From Gemmata obscuriglobus (lineage in GTDB: Bacteria; Planctomycetota; Planctomycetia; Gemmatales; Gemmataceae): a DNA stretch of 32,000 nucleotides. Position 1 is the stretch's first letter. Each line of letters starts with the position of its first letter. The stretch spans positions 8,070,001-8,102,000 of the forward strand of contig NZ_CP042911.1 of the NCBI RefSeq assembly GCF_008065095.1. Reading direction: 5' to 3'. The notes below the pieces were generated by a model. That model saw only the letters and a program-made list of their open reading frames with translations. It made no database searches and had not been told where the DNA came from. Shown one piece after another: positions 15,936 through 24,786 of the stretch. The position numbers and the translations under genes were made by a program.

Positions 15936-16098
15936 GGTCGTCAGGAGAACCACTGCATTTCAGTTGTGCGGGTTGAATGCTGTCTTATCGCAGGGAAATT
16001 GTCAAGCTCGTAGTGGAAAACTTTTGCCGTCGCCCGACCGCGTTGGCGCACCGGTATTCGCGTTCCGTAGGCTTTTCGCCGCGCGCGCCATCCACCGC

Positions 16099-16379
16099 GT
16101 GCCATCTGGTATTGGGGGGCGTTTTCTCGACCACGTGTGTGCGCCTCTGGCGGCTAGCTGGTCGCCCTTCCGGGGTATCAAGCCCCCCGGTATTTGCGCG
16201 CGGGAGTGCCGGTTGGTAGACAGGGCAGCGAGCGCGAGTTGCGGAGTTGCCCTAGCCCGCAGTTTGCACGGCGCGCTGTAACGAGGGTTACACCCCGGCA
16301 CCGGCGGCCCCCGAATGGGTCACCGACAGGACATTCGCTGCCAGCCGGCTACCCACTCGCTACCGGCCCGCTGGGGTAC
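16099..16379 (-). pseudogene. IS3-family-like relic, copy A (homologous in inverted orientation to 24909-25083)
   Basis: The reverse complement of 16311-16379 aligns with 24909-24975 at about 52 of 70 columns (hand alignment), including the 10-mer CCGGTAGCGA. A shared TGTAAC..GTTACA hairpin follows (16277-16292), then weaker ordered anchors: CAACCGGCA, GATACCCC, ATGGCAC. No reading frame is intact. Confidence 0.4.
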
Positions 16380-16613
16380 AGCTACCACCGAATCACAGGC
16401 TTCCGAGCCCGGATACGGCTCTCGAAGCCGATCGGAGCAGAACCCGGACGACTCGATATGATGGTGTGTAACGTATTGCGGTATAAGCGTTTGTGACCGA
16501 GCTGGCTCGCGCCGTTCGTTTCGGCGCGGTGAACGAAAACCGGGTGCGGTCACTACACCAGGCGCGTTGCGGACTTCCAGAACTATCAAACTGAGTCGAA
16601 TTAGGGGTGGGTA

Positions 16614-17924
16614 ATGCCTGATGTGCCGGCTGACAGCCCCGCGAACGGAAACGGCTCTGCCCATCCCGGCACCGCTGAGAAGGGCATCGACACCTCTCGG
16701 ACGGACGCGGCGCCGGGTAGCGGTCTTCGGTTCGTTCCCGCGGTACTGCTCGGCGCGCTGGGCTTGTACCTGGCGCTCGCAACGAACAACTTCCCCGACC
16801 TGTTCATTTACCGCGCCGGGGCCGCGATCGGGCTGCGCGGCGAATCGCCCTACGACCTCACCCGCATCCGAGAACTCGCCGCGGCGCAGTTCCCGGACGA
16901 GAACCCGGAAGCCCCGGGCGAGAACAGTTTCGTCCGGAACTGCGGGTACTTTCTCCCGCCGCTGGCGATCCTCACGTTCGCCCCGTTCGCGGTGGTGCCG
17001 TGGCCGGCGGCGAAAGTGGCGTGGGGCGTCGTGCTCGGGTGCGCCGCAGCCGGTATCGTCACGATCCCGGACCTCTTCCGCCGATCCGACGGGCCGGTCC
17101 GTCCGGGAGCGCGGGGGCTGGTCGTCCCGTTCCTGCTCGTGCTCAACCCGTTCGTACTGGCTATCACCTTCGTCGGGCAGGTGACCATCGTTTCGGTCGG
17201 GTGCGTGGCGGCCGGGCTGTGGTGCTTCGCGCGGAACCGCCCGGCCCTCGGGGTGCTGCTGTGGGCGGTCCCGTTCGTGAAGCCGCACGTGGCGCTGCCG
17301 CTGATACCGCTCGCGTGGTACCTGGGCGGGTGGAAACGGGCGCTGGCGCTGGCCGCTCTGGTCGCGGGGCTGAACCTGATCGGGGCGACCGTCGCCGGCG
17401 GGTCGCCGCTGTTCCTGAAGGACTACCTCGATTACCTGCCGACCGGTCACAAGGCGGTTCGGTACAACCAGGCCGAACTGAACCCGCAGATCACGAGTTG
17501 GAACCGGCTGCTCGTGTCGCTCGGCGGCCCGGTGATCGAACTGACCGCGGTGACGACGCTCGCGGGATACCTGGTGTGGGGCGGGTTGGTGCTGGGGCGG
17601 TGCCGCGCCGCCGGGCAGTTGCCATCGGCCGGGTGGGCGTGCGCCGCGGCGGTCGCGGGCGCCACCGTCTGCGCGCAGGTGCTGGCCTATGAAATGCTCA
17701 CGCTGGCGATCGCGGTGCCGTGGGTGCGAGACCTCTTCGCCGCGGGCCGGCGCGGGTGGGGGACCGCGGCGGTGCTACTACTGGCGGTGCAAACGGTCCC
17801 GTTCGACAGCGCGAGCCCGGTCTTCGATTACTACCGACCGGGCGGGGCGCTGGCGCTCGCGCTGCTGGTGCTGCTCGGGCCGCTCAACCCGGAACCGCGC
17901 CCGGCACCGCCGCCAGCGCCTTGA
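16614..17924 (+). CDS. polytopic membrane protein, DUF2029/GT87-like glycosyltransferase (tentative)
   Basis: 436 aa with about 10 or more hydrophobic helices. [18 protein letters not shown]...[17 protein letters not shown] resembles the DUF2029 N-terminal loop/helix motif. The 3' end overlaps convergent panD by 41 nt. Confidence 0.7.
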   Translation: MPDVPADSPANGNGSAHPGTAEKGIDTSRTDAAPGSGLRFVPAVLLGALGLYLALATNNFPDLFIYRAGAAIGLRGESPYDLTRIRELAAAQFPDENPEAPGENSFVRNCGYFLPPLAILTFAPFAVVPWPAAKVAWGVVLGCAAAGIVTIPDLFRRSDGPVRPGARGLVVPFLLVLNPFVLAITFVGQVTIVSVGCVAAGLWCFARNRPALGVLLWAVPFVKPHVALPLIPLAWYLGGWKRALALAALVAGLNLIGATVAGGSPLFLKDYLDYLPTGHKAVRYNQAELNPQITSWNRLLVSLGGPVIELTAVTTLAGYLVWGGLVLGRCRAAGQLPSAGWACAAAVAGATVCAQVLAYEMLTLAIAVPWVRDLFAAGRRGWGTAAVLLLAVQTVPFDSASPVFDYYRPGGALALALLVLLGPLNPEPRPAPPPAP

Positions 17925-18264
17925 CCTGGTTCTTCGGATCGACGAACACGACGCGGGGTTGGTGCTTACGGGCCTCGGCGTCCTCGAACTCGGCGAACGT
18001 CGCGATGATGACGATGTCGCCGGTGCGGATCAGGTGCGCCCCGGCCCCGTTGACGCAGATCACGCCGCTGCCGCGCGGCCCCTCGAGGGCGTAAGTGACG
18101 AGCCGCGTGCCGTTGGTCACGTCCCAGACGTGGATCTGCTCGTGCGGCAGGATGTCCGCCGCCTCGAGGAGGTTGGTGTCGATGGTCAGGCTGCCCTCGT
18201 ACTCGACGTTCGTCTCGGTCACCGTCGCGCGGTGCAGCTTCGACTTCATCATGAATCGGCGCAT
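17884..18264 (-). CDS. panD: aspartate 1-decarboxylase proenzyme
   Basis: [33 protein letters not shown], with the self-cleavage Gly24-Ser25 in the YEGS motif. Later blocks [10 protein letters not shown] and [10 protein letters not shown]. Length 126 aa. Confidence 0.92.
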   Translation of the reverse strand: MRRFMMKSKLHRATVTETNVEYEGSLTIDTNLLEAADILPHEQIHVWDVTNGTRLVTYALEGPRGSGVICVNGAGAHLIRTGDIVIIATFAEFEDAEARKHQPRVVFVDPKNQVKALAAVPGAVPG

Positions 18265-18425
18265 GTGTTCTCCAGGCGGCCCTCTCTCCGGCTCGCTTCC
18301 TCAGGGAGGGGTGGGTGGAGAGGTTCTTCGTGCCATTCTACGCCCGGCGGGTAAGATGTCGTCGGTCCCTCCCACCACCCGAGCCGCGCGCCCGTCCCTC
18401 CGCCGCGGCACTCAGGAGTTCCCAC

Positions 18426-19103
18426 ATGAAAACTGCGTTGCGGTTCGGCGTTCTGGCGGTCGCGGTGTGCGCCGCGGCCTTGCGCGCGGACGACAAGCCC
18501 AAGCCGGCCGAAAAACCGCCGGAAGGTTTCACCGCGCTGTTCGACGGCAAGAGCCTGAGCGGGTGGAAGCCCACCGGCAAGGCCGACGCCTGGGGCGTCG
18601 AGGACGGCCTCATCGTCTGCAAGGGCGGCGGCGGCGGGTACCTGCTGACCGAGAAGGAGTACGCCAACTTCGAGTTCCGGTGCGAGTACAAGTGGGCGAA
18701 GGCCGGCGGCAACAGCGGGGTGGGCCTGCGCACGCCCGAAAAGGGCGACCCGGCGTACCAGGGCATGGAAATCCAACTCATCGACGACGAGGGCTGGGAA
18801 GGGGTCCACAAGTCCAGGCTGGCCGACTACCAGCACACCGGCTCCATCTACGACGTTCAGCCCGCCAAGGCGGCCAAGAACAAGAAGATCGGCGAGTGGA
18901 ACACGGTCAAGATCGTGTGCGAGGGCCGCAAGGTGACCGTGACGCAGAACGACATCGAACTGGTCAACGCGAACCTGGACGATTATAAGGCGAAGGCGGA
19001 CAAGAACCACCCCGGGCTGAAGCGCGAGAAGGGGCACATCGGGTTCCAGAGCTACAACGTCCGCGTGGACTTCCGCAACGTGTACATCAAAGAGCTGAAG
19101 TAG
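18426..19103 (+). CDS. DUF1080 (3-keto-disaccharide hydrolase-like) domain protein, secreted
   Basis: Signal peptide MKTALRFGVLAVAVCAAALRA. FTALFDGKSLSGWK...GGGYLLTEKEYANFEFRCEYKW..GGNSGVGLR...GMEIQLIDD...HIGFQSYNVRVDFRNVYIKEL is the DUF1080 pattern. Confidence 0.85.
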   Translation: MKTALRFGVLAVAVCAAALRADDKPKPAEKPPEGFTALFDGKSLSGWKPTGKADAWGVEDGLIVCKGGGGGYLLTEKEYANFEFRCEYKWAKAGGNSGVGLRTPEKGDPAYQGMEIQLIDDEGWEGVHKSRLADYQHTGSIYDVQPAKAAKNKKIGEWNTVKIVCEGRKVTVTQNDIELVNANLDDYKAKADKNHPGLKREKGHIGFQSYNVRVDFRNVYIKELK

Positions 19104-19121
19104 CCGCGTGCGGCACGTGTT

Positions 19122-19147
19122 CCGGGCGCGCCGACCGGCGCGCCCGG
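19122..19147 (+). terminator. GC-rich hairpin after the DUF1080 gene (possible terminator between convergent genes)
   Basis: CCGGGCGCGCCG (19122-19133) pairs with CGGCGCGCCCGG (19136-19147), followed by CTTTCG. The T-tract is weak. Confidence 0.35.
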
Positions 19148-19195
19148 CTTTCGCAGCGCTCGTGGCTCTGAAATAGAGACGACCGAACCGGGGCG

Positions 19196-22100
19196 TCACA
19201 CCGGGACGAGGTACGTCCCGGCGATGCGGTCCTGAGGGGGCCGGGTCGGGTAGCGTAGGGCGATCACCCCGTAGACCGGGAGCAGCACCACCCCGGCGAG
19301 CCACAGCCCGGCGGCCAGGTACGGACGGTGCGGGGCGTAGATCTGTGCAGCCGCGCACGCGAGCAGCAGCGCCGACAGCGGCCCCCACACCACCGCCGCC
19401 CGCAGCGCGCACTGCCACCGGCGGGCGCGCCGGCCGTCGGCCCGCACGATCGCCATGCCAGCGAGCATCATGGACGCGCCCCCGCGCAGCACCGCCGCAA
19501 CCGTGACCAACCCGAGCGGCACCACACCGAACAGCACGAGTAGCGGTTCCAGGCCGCCCCACGGCGGGTCGTCGCCGCGGTCGGTGGCACCCGCCCACGC
19601 GAGCAGCGCCCGCGCGGCCGCGTCGTGCTCCTCAGCCGCCACCCCGTGGTCGGGCAGCGCCAGTTCGCCCTGCTCCAGCATGTTCCGCTGCGGAGCGAAC
19701 AGCGCGGCCCGGCGCGTGTGCGCGTCCGCCCGGGCGCGTTCCAGCACCTCCTCGACCCGCGCCCGCGCTTGCGGGTTGCTCAGCGCGGCACGGGCGTCCC
19801 GGTCGCCGGCGGACAGCTTGGCTCGCGCGTCCGGATCGGTGAACCCGGCGGCGGCCCGCTCGGCGATCTCGACGGAACTCGTCGCGAGCCAGGTCGTCAT
19901 CACCGATACGACGAACGCGAACCCGAACATGGAGCCGAGCGGCACCGCCAGCAGCGGGGCCTGAATGCCCAGGTGCGCGGCCCGCATCACCGGCGTCACC
20001 TCCGGCTTGTGCGCGTGGGTGTCGGCCAGTTCCTTCTGGAACTCCGCGAGCGGCGGGTCCGTCGTGAACAGCCTGTCGAGCACGGGGGCCGCGTGCGGCG
20101 GGAGCGGGGCCGCGACGGGCCCCGGCGTGTGCCGGGGGCTCCCCTCCAGGACGAGCGCCGCGGCTTCGCGAAGCACCTGCAACGGCGGCCCCGGGCGCGA
20201 CCGGATCGTGCCCAGCGGGAAGTCGAGCACCTGCACCCGCCCCGCGGGTTCGACCCACACGTGGTCCAGCGCGAGGCGCGACGGCACGGAGCCGTCGGCC
20301 TCTGCGGCGCGGAACTCCTCAACGATTTGCTCGAGCAGGAACCGCGCGTCGGCCCACGGGAGGGTGGCACCCGGGCGCACTGCCTCGATCAGGGGGCCGC
20401 CGAGTGGGGCCGCGTAAGCGGTCCAGTCGTACACCGTTTCGCCCCACCCGACGCTGCCGGCCCCCAGACGCCGTAACCGTGTGGTGCGCGCCGGTTCCGC
20501 GCCCGAAGCGAGTCCGCCCCACGGCCGCAGCCACAGGAGCACCTTGCGTCCGAGTGTGCGGTCCTCCGCGATCCAGACCTGTTCGCCGACGGGATCGGCG
20601 GAGAGACGGCCGTTCACCACGTACCCGCCCACCGCCTCCGGCAGCGCCTCGGGCGTGGGCGGAAGGAGCGTTTCGATCGGCGTCGGCTGCGCGACCGGGA
20701 GCCGCAGCCGACGCGCGCGGAGCGGTACCTGCGTGACCCGGCACCCGCTCGCGAAGTCGTGCAGGCCGCGGAACCCGAACCGCTTCCGGAGCTGGACCGA
20801 GAGGGCCAGCGCGCCGATCCCGAACATGATCCCGCGAACCGCCCCGCCACCTCGCGTCCCGATGAATTCGCTCACCCAGTCGGGGACGAGGAAAAAGCAC
20901 GCGAGCACCGCGTGCAACACGAACGTGCGCGCGAGCGCGCGGGGCACCCCGGGCGGGTCGGTCTCGCCCGCCCGGCTCACCCGCAGCCCGAACAGCATCT
21001 TCCCGGGCGTCGCCCCGAGCAGCCCCTCGAACAGCCCGAAGTACAGGAGCGTGATGCTGACGGCGAGCCACCGCAGCTCGAGCACGTCGATCTTGCTGGC
21101 CCCGGCCTCGGTCACCCAGATGCGGGCCGCTTCCGCCGGGAACACGATGAACGCCAGCAGGATGCGGTCGAGCACGTACGCGCCGACCAGCGCGCGGGGG
21201 CGCCCCGGGCGCTGGCGCTCGGGCAGCAGGTCCGCGAGCGCCTCGCGCATGTCGTCGAGCGTCTGCCAGCGGCGCGAGCGGTCCCGCTCCAGCCCCCGCA
21301 GAATAATCCGCTCGAGCTGCTCGGACACGTCGGGGCGGGTGGCGCGGATCCGCGGGGCCGGGTCCGAGATGGCCCGGGCGAGGGCGGTCGCGGCGCTGTC
21401 GTGGTGGAACGGCGCCTGGCCGCTGAGGAGGAAGTACAGCGTGGCCGCGACCGAGTACACGTCGGAGCTGTAGTCGAGCGGCTCGCCGCGGATTTGCTCG
21501 GGCGCCGCGAACAGCACCGTCCCGAGGAACGCGCCGGTCTGGGTGAGGTGGTTCGCGCCGCTCCCGGCGAGCGACTTGGACAGCCCGAAGTCCCCCACCT
21601 TCACGCGGCCGTCTTCGGTGAGAAAGCAGTTGGACGGCTTCACGTCGCGGTGGATCATCCCCACCCGGTGCGCCTCCATCAGCCCGTCGATCACGTCGAG
21701 GATGCGGCCGATCGCCTCGTGCGGCTTCAGCGGGCCGCCCTGATCGACCAGGTCTTTGAGCGTGCGGCCCGGCATCAGCTCCATGACGATGTACGGGCGG
21801 CCGTGCTCGGTGTCGGCCGCGAGCACGAACACGCACCGCGGGTGCGCGAGCTGGCTGGCGAGCCGCCCCTCCTGCCGAAAGCGCTCGACCGACGACGGGC
21901 TGGACGCGAGCCGGGACGACAGCAGCTTCACCGCGGCCCGGCGCCCGGTTCCGAGCGCCTCGGCCTCGTACACGGACCCCATGCCCCCGGCCCCGAGGAG
22001 CTTCCCGATCCGGTACCCGCCGATTTCCTTCAGAGCCGGCTCTGGGGCGGCCGAGAGGTCGTCTTCGTCGGGTACACCCGAGAGCGCGTCCGCCCCGGGC

Positions 22101-22237
22101 GCGAACGTCTGGGTGCGGGCGGCCGGCGGGTGGGTGCTGCCGGCGAGTTTGTGCCCGCAGAACATGCAAAACTGCGGCGGCCCGTCCGCGGACACGGAGG
22201 ACAGCGAGCGGTGGCAGTGCGGGCAAGTGAGAACCAT
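19196..22237 (-). CDS. membrane Ser/Thr protein kinase: zinc ribbon - kinase - RDD domain - degenerate kinase-like domain - RDD-like domain
   Basis: - N-terminal CPHC...CMFCG zinc ribbon.
- Kinase motifs GAGGMGSVY, AAVKLL, HRDVKPSN, VGDFGLS, APEQ (aa ~74-335).
- RDD-type block YVLDRILLAF...TPGKMLFGLRV...GLHDFASGCRV (aa ~346-505).
- A second kinase-like region lacks the G-loop and HRD: GGYVVNGRL...VWIAEDRTLGRKVLLWL...LALDHVWVEPAGRVQVLDFPLG.
- The C-terminal TM region ends in DRIAGTYLV. Confidence 0.9.
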   Translation of the reverse strand: MVLTCPHCHRSLSSVSADGPPQFCMFCGHKLAGSTHPPAARTQTFAPGADALSGVPDEDDLSAAPEPALKEIGGYRIGKLLGAGGMGSVYEAEALGTGRRAAVKLLSSRLASSPSSVERFRQEGRLASQLAHPRCVFVLAADTEHGRPYIVMELMPGRTLKDLVDQGGPLKPHEAIGRILDVIDGLMEAHRVGMIHRDVKPSNCFLTEDGRVKVGDFGLSKSLAGSGANHLTQTGAFLGTVLFAAPEQIRGEPLDYSSDVYSVAATLYFLLSGQAPFHHDSAATALARAISDPAPRIRATRPDVSEQLERIILRGLERDRSRRWQTLDDMREALADLLPERQRPGRPRALVGAYVLDRILLAFIVFPAEAARIWVTEAGASKIDVLELRWLAVSITLLYFGLFEGLLGATPGKMLFGLRVSRAGETDPPGVPRALARTFVLHAVLACFFLVPDWVSEFIGTRGGGAVRGIMFGIGALALSVQLRKRFGFRGLHDFASGCRVTQVPLRARRLRLPVAQPTPIETLLPPTPEALPEAVGGYVVNGRLSADPVGEQVWIAEDRTLGRKVLLWLRPWGGLASGAEPARTTRLRRLGAGSVGWGETVYDWTAYAAPLGGPLIEAVRPGATLPWADARFLLEQIVEEFRAAEADGSVPSRLALDHVWVEPAGRVQVLDFPLGTIRSRPGPPLQVLREAAALVLEGSPRHTPGPVAAPLPPHAAPVLDRLFTTDPPLAEFQKELADTHAHKPEVTPVMRAAHLGIQAPLLAVPLGSMFGFAFVVSVMTTWLATSSVEIAERAAAGFTDPDARAKLSAGDRDARAALSNPQARARVEEVLERARADAHTRRAALFAPQRNMLEQGELALPDHGVAAEEHDAAARALLAWAGATDRGDDPPWGGLEPLLVLFGVVPLGLVTVAAVLRGGASMMLAGMAIVRADGRRARRWQCALRAAVVWGPLSALLLACAAAQIYAPHRPYLAAGLWLAGVVLLPVYGVIALRYPTRPPQDRIAGTYLVPV

Positions 22238-22583
22238 GATGGCAGCGCGTAGGAAAGTTGCGCACGGACATTATCCGGACCGCGGCCCAAACCTCAAGAT
22301 GGGCGCTCCGTACCACGCCCGACGAGGCCGAAATGAGGCAAAGATGATGGAACGAATGTGGAGCGCGTCGCGTGCGGCGCGGTCGAAAAATGTTCGGCGG
22401 ATTACGGCCGTGAGCGGAACGCGTTGACCGGGTCGTCGACTTTGAGGTGCCCATACCCGGCCGATGGCACCGACCGCAATTCCGTCGCCGGTGCCCGGGA
22501 TGGGATCGGCACCGCAGGTAGACACGAGCGGGGCACACAGAAGCGCCGGCGCGGCCCGGGCCGCGCCGTTCCCTGAACGGAGC

Positions 22584-23192
22584 TTACTTCCCTTCTTCGT
22601 ACTTCGTCAGTTCGAGCTTCACGACCTCGTTGGTCTGGAGGACGAACTCTTCCTTCACGATGCCCTTGCCCTTGGCGAACCACAGCCGCACGGTAGTCTT
22701 CGCCCCGGCGATGTCCAGGTCCTTGCCCTCCACGAACACCGTCTCGTACTCGGTCTCGCCGACCTTGATCTTCTCCTTGTCGTTGAGCACCTTCATGGCG
22801 CCCTTGACGGTTTGCGTGCCGACCTTGCTGTTGATGTCCCAGGTCGCGTCCTTCTTGATCGGGAGGGGCAGCACCTTCACCGCCGGGTCGAGTTTGTCGT
22901 CCTTCACCCGAACGCGGTACACGCCGTCGCCCTTGACCGTGTACCACTCGCTCGTCTTCGGGTCCTTGCCGACGACCGTGTCCACCTGGTACTGCTCCTC
23001 GCCGCCGACCTTGTCCACCTTGACCACCTTGACCTCAATGGTGTTGTCGCCGACCTTGTAGGTCCACTTGGCGTTCACCTTGAGCGGGAAGTACCCTTCG
23101 GCCTGGGGCGCGTCCTTGGGCGCCTGCGCCAGCAGCGTCCCGCCGAACAGAACCAGTGCCGCACCGACGAACAGACGGATCGCACGCAACAT
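22584..23192 (-). CDS. secreted Lys-rich beta-strand protein, function unknown
   Basis: ATG at 23192 gives the signal peptide MLRAIRLFVGAALVLFGGTLLAQAP. The mature part has alternating hydrophobic/charged residues (KWTYKVGDNTIEVKVVKVDKV...) with clean codon periodicity. The ORF track's 23282 start is a GTG extension. Confidence 0.7.
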   Translation of the reverse strand: MLRAIRLFVGAALVLFGGTLLAQAPKDAPQAEGYFPLKVNAKWTYKVGDNTIEVKVVKVDKVGGEEQYQVDTVVGKDPKTSEWYTVKGDGVYRVRVKDDKLDPAVKVLPLPIKKDATWDINSKVGTQTVKGAMKVLNDKEKIKVGETEYETVFVEGKDLDIAGAKTTVRLWFAKGKGIVKEEFVLQTNEVVKLELTKYEEGK

Positions 23193-23301
23193 CCGCAACA
23201 CTCCAGTGGTTGTGATCGAAGGGAACCGAGTCGGGCTAGTATAGTGGCTCACACGATACCCGATCAGCCGCGCCGCGAACACCCGGCTTTCGGCTGCGCC
23301 C

Positions 23302-23311
23302 CCTTCCTAAA
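23302..23311. repeat. target-site duplication (left copy) of the ISAs1-family insertion
   Basis: CCTTCCTAAA lies immediately outside the left inverted repeat. An identical 10-mer is at 24562-24571. Confidence 0.8.
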
Positions 23312-24561
23312 CAGGGCCTTTCCTTGATTCACTCTACGTAACTCCGATAAGTCCCTTGGCCATTGCCGGGTCCATCTGGAGCCGCTCGATCGCCTCCGGG
23401 CAACTCACCGCCTTGACCTCACGCCACAGGTGCACCACGGCGTTCCGCAGCGCCGCCAGCACCTGTGGTGCGTGCCCCATGCGCACACGACACGCGTCCT
23501 CGCCCAGTGTCACGTCACGCACGTAATGCAGTTCGTTCTCGATGCGCCAGTGCGTCCGCACATGGTTCAGGAGTGTGGCCGCATCCGCCTTCTCGGCCGA
23601 CAGGCTCGTGATGCCGAAATGCACTTCGACCGTCGTTTGGCCTCGGACCGTCCGCTCACGCGTCAACTGGAAGCCCTGCTTCACCCCCGCCCACGTCGGC
23701 GAGCACGTCAGAATCGAGGTCGTTTGCAGCGTCCGCTTCTCGATGCGGCCGTGACCCTTATCGACGGTCGTGGCGATGCGGCTCGGGGCGGGCGGAGGCC
23801 GATCCCCAGGGGGAAGTGGCCGCCGCGATCGATCGGGCGGCGGTCTCGAAGGCGAACCCGGCTCGGATGTCGATCCCCAATCCGGGTTGGTTGTCCTTCA
23901 CCGTGAGCACGTAGTCGCCGCCGGCCCCGACCACCTCCTCGGCCAGGTCTCGCTGGCAGAACATGGCGTCGCCGACCACGACCTTCCCTCGCAGCGGCAG
24001 AATGCCGAGGAGCGTCAAGGCGGCCTTGTGCCCGTTGGTGCTCGCATCGACCTTGACCTGGGCGAGTACGGCACCGACGGTGGGGGCGTATGCGGCCAGC
24101 AGGTGCTGACCGGGGATCGCGCCGTTGCGAGAGCCTCGAAGGGTCTTGCCGTCGATGGAGATGTGTGTGAAGGCGGCCGGGTCGACGCGGCTGGCGATCC
24201 AGTACGAGAGGACGTGCTCCAGTTGGTCGGCGTCGAAGCGTCGCAGGGTGCGGGAGAGCGTGGAAACGGCCGGGGTCTTGCCGCGTCGGAAGCCGAGGGC
24301 ATGGGCGAGGGCGGGTCCGTGCTGTCGCCCGAAGCGAGCGATGCCATTGAGGCTGGTGCGCCCCATGAGCATGGCGAGGGCGACGAGTCCGAGGAAGGGG
24401 GCGAGTGGGTGGATAAGGCCGTGCTTGCTGCGGGGATCGGGAACCGCCGCCAGGGCATCGACCAGGGTGCAAGGAGACATGGGTACCTTCCTGGCTGCGA
24501 GAAGGCGCCCCACATAGCCACGTTCCCTCGTGTAAGCAAGGTGAAATAAGGAAAGGCCCTG
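23312..24561 (-). mobile_element. ISAs1-family insertion sequence (1250 bp) with intact ends
   Basis: Terminal inverted repeats CAGGGCCTTTCCTTGATTCAC (23312-23332) and GTGAAATAAGGAAAGGCCCTG (24541-24561) match at 19/21. CAGGG termini and size fit the ISAs1 family. It is flanked by a perfect 10-bp direct repeat. Confidence 0.88.
23334..24480 (-). pseudogene. ISAs1-family (H-repeat-associated) transposase, frameshifted
   Basis: The N-terminal frame reads DPRSKHGLIHPL...ISIDGKTLRGS...VVVGDAMFCQRDLA...DYVLTVKDNQPGL and stops at 23758. The conserved continuation TVDKGHGRIEKRTLQTT...RTHWRIENELHYVRDVTLGEDACR is in a different reading frame. The switch lies around 23760-23830. Confidence 0.85.
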
Positions 24562-24571
24562 CCTTCCTAAA
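24562..24571. repeat. target-site duplication (right copy) of the ISAs1-family insertion
   Basis: CCTTCCTAAA lies immediately outside the right inverted repeat. Confidence 0.8.
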
Positions 24572-24786
24572 CCCGCCCGGGTATCTTCCGGATCGGCCGC
24601 GTCCGTTCGATCTGGGCGATGTCGCATCGCGGCGGCCGGTCGAACATTCGGTATTACTGGCATCCCTCCACCACTATTCCCTCATTGCGGGGCTTCCGGA
24701 AGTTCGTACCGCCCGCGCAGACGCGGGGTGGAGCGGTGGGTGCCCGGTTCTCACGTGCTAAAGGTCGCTCACTCCCCACGGGCCAG

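Noticed and set aside
15767-15976. 69-aa ORF inside the AT-rich island
   Set aside because: No RBS, a hydrophobic and odd composition, and it runs from AT-rich into GC-rich sequence with no domain signal. I kept the island as a compositional feature only.
16207-16379. Interpretation of the A/B repeats as a novel structured ncRNA family (hairpins conserved with different loops)
   Set aside because: Copy B continues into clear IS3 orfA/orfB-derived sequence, and the shared core aligns with the orfA part of that relic. Decayed IS DNA is the more economical explanation. I could not find convincing compensatory base changes.
16385-16421. Group II intron domain V look-alike on the minus strand (GAGCCGTATCCGGGCTCGGAAGCCTGTGATTCGGTGG)
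   Set aside because: The 5' strand matches the GAGCCGUAU consensus. However, the helix has a U-U mismatch, a 1-nt rather than 2-nt bulge, and a CGGA rather than GNRA loop. There is no GUGYG 5' end, no domain VI and no RT ORF. The homologous copy B lacks the motif.
16438-16447. CAGAACCCGG, identical to the RNase P RNA P4 3'-strand core
   Set aside because: No matching GAGGAAAGUCCGGG 5' strand or other conserved RNase P regions occur within 500 nt on that strand. This is an isolated 10-mer.
16320-17450. 376-aa minus-strand ORF antisense to the GT87-like membrane protein gene
   Set aside because: The translation is Arg/Glu/Pro/Gly-rich. The plus-strand frame encodes regular hydrophobic helices.
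18249-19598. 449-aa minus-strand ORF covering the DUF1080 gene and the kinase 3' end
   Set aside because: It is antisense to the DUF1080 gene and out of frame with the kinase. Ala/Arg/Gly/Pro-rich.
20319-22538. 739-aa minus-strand ORF (and 20759..22252 plus, 497 aa) overlapping the kinase gene
   Set aside because: One is out of frame and the other antisense to an ORF carrying the complete Hanks-kinase motif set. Both are Arg/Pro/Gly/Ala shadows.
22548-22567. GGCGCGGCC/GGCCGCGCC hairpin downstream of the secreted-protein gene as a terminator
   Set aside because: The stem is real, but the loop is only 2 nt and no U-tract follows on the minus strand. Left uncalled.
23708-24472. 254-aa minus-strand and 259-aa plus-strand ORFs inside the ISAs1 element
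   Set aside because: These are alternative frames of the transposase region with Arg/Pro/Gly-rich translation. The ISAs1 motifs are in the other frames.
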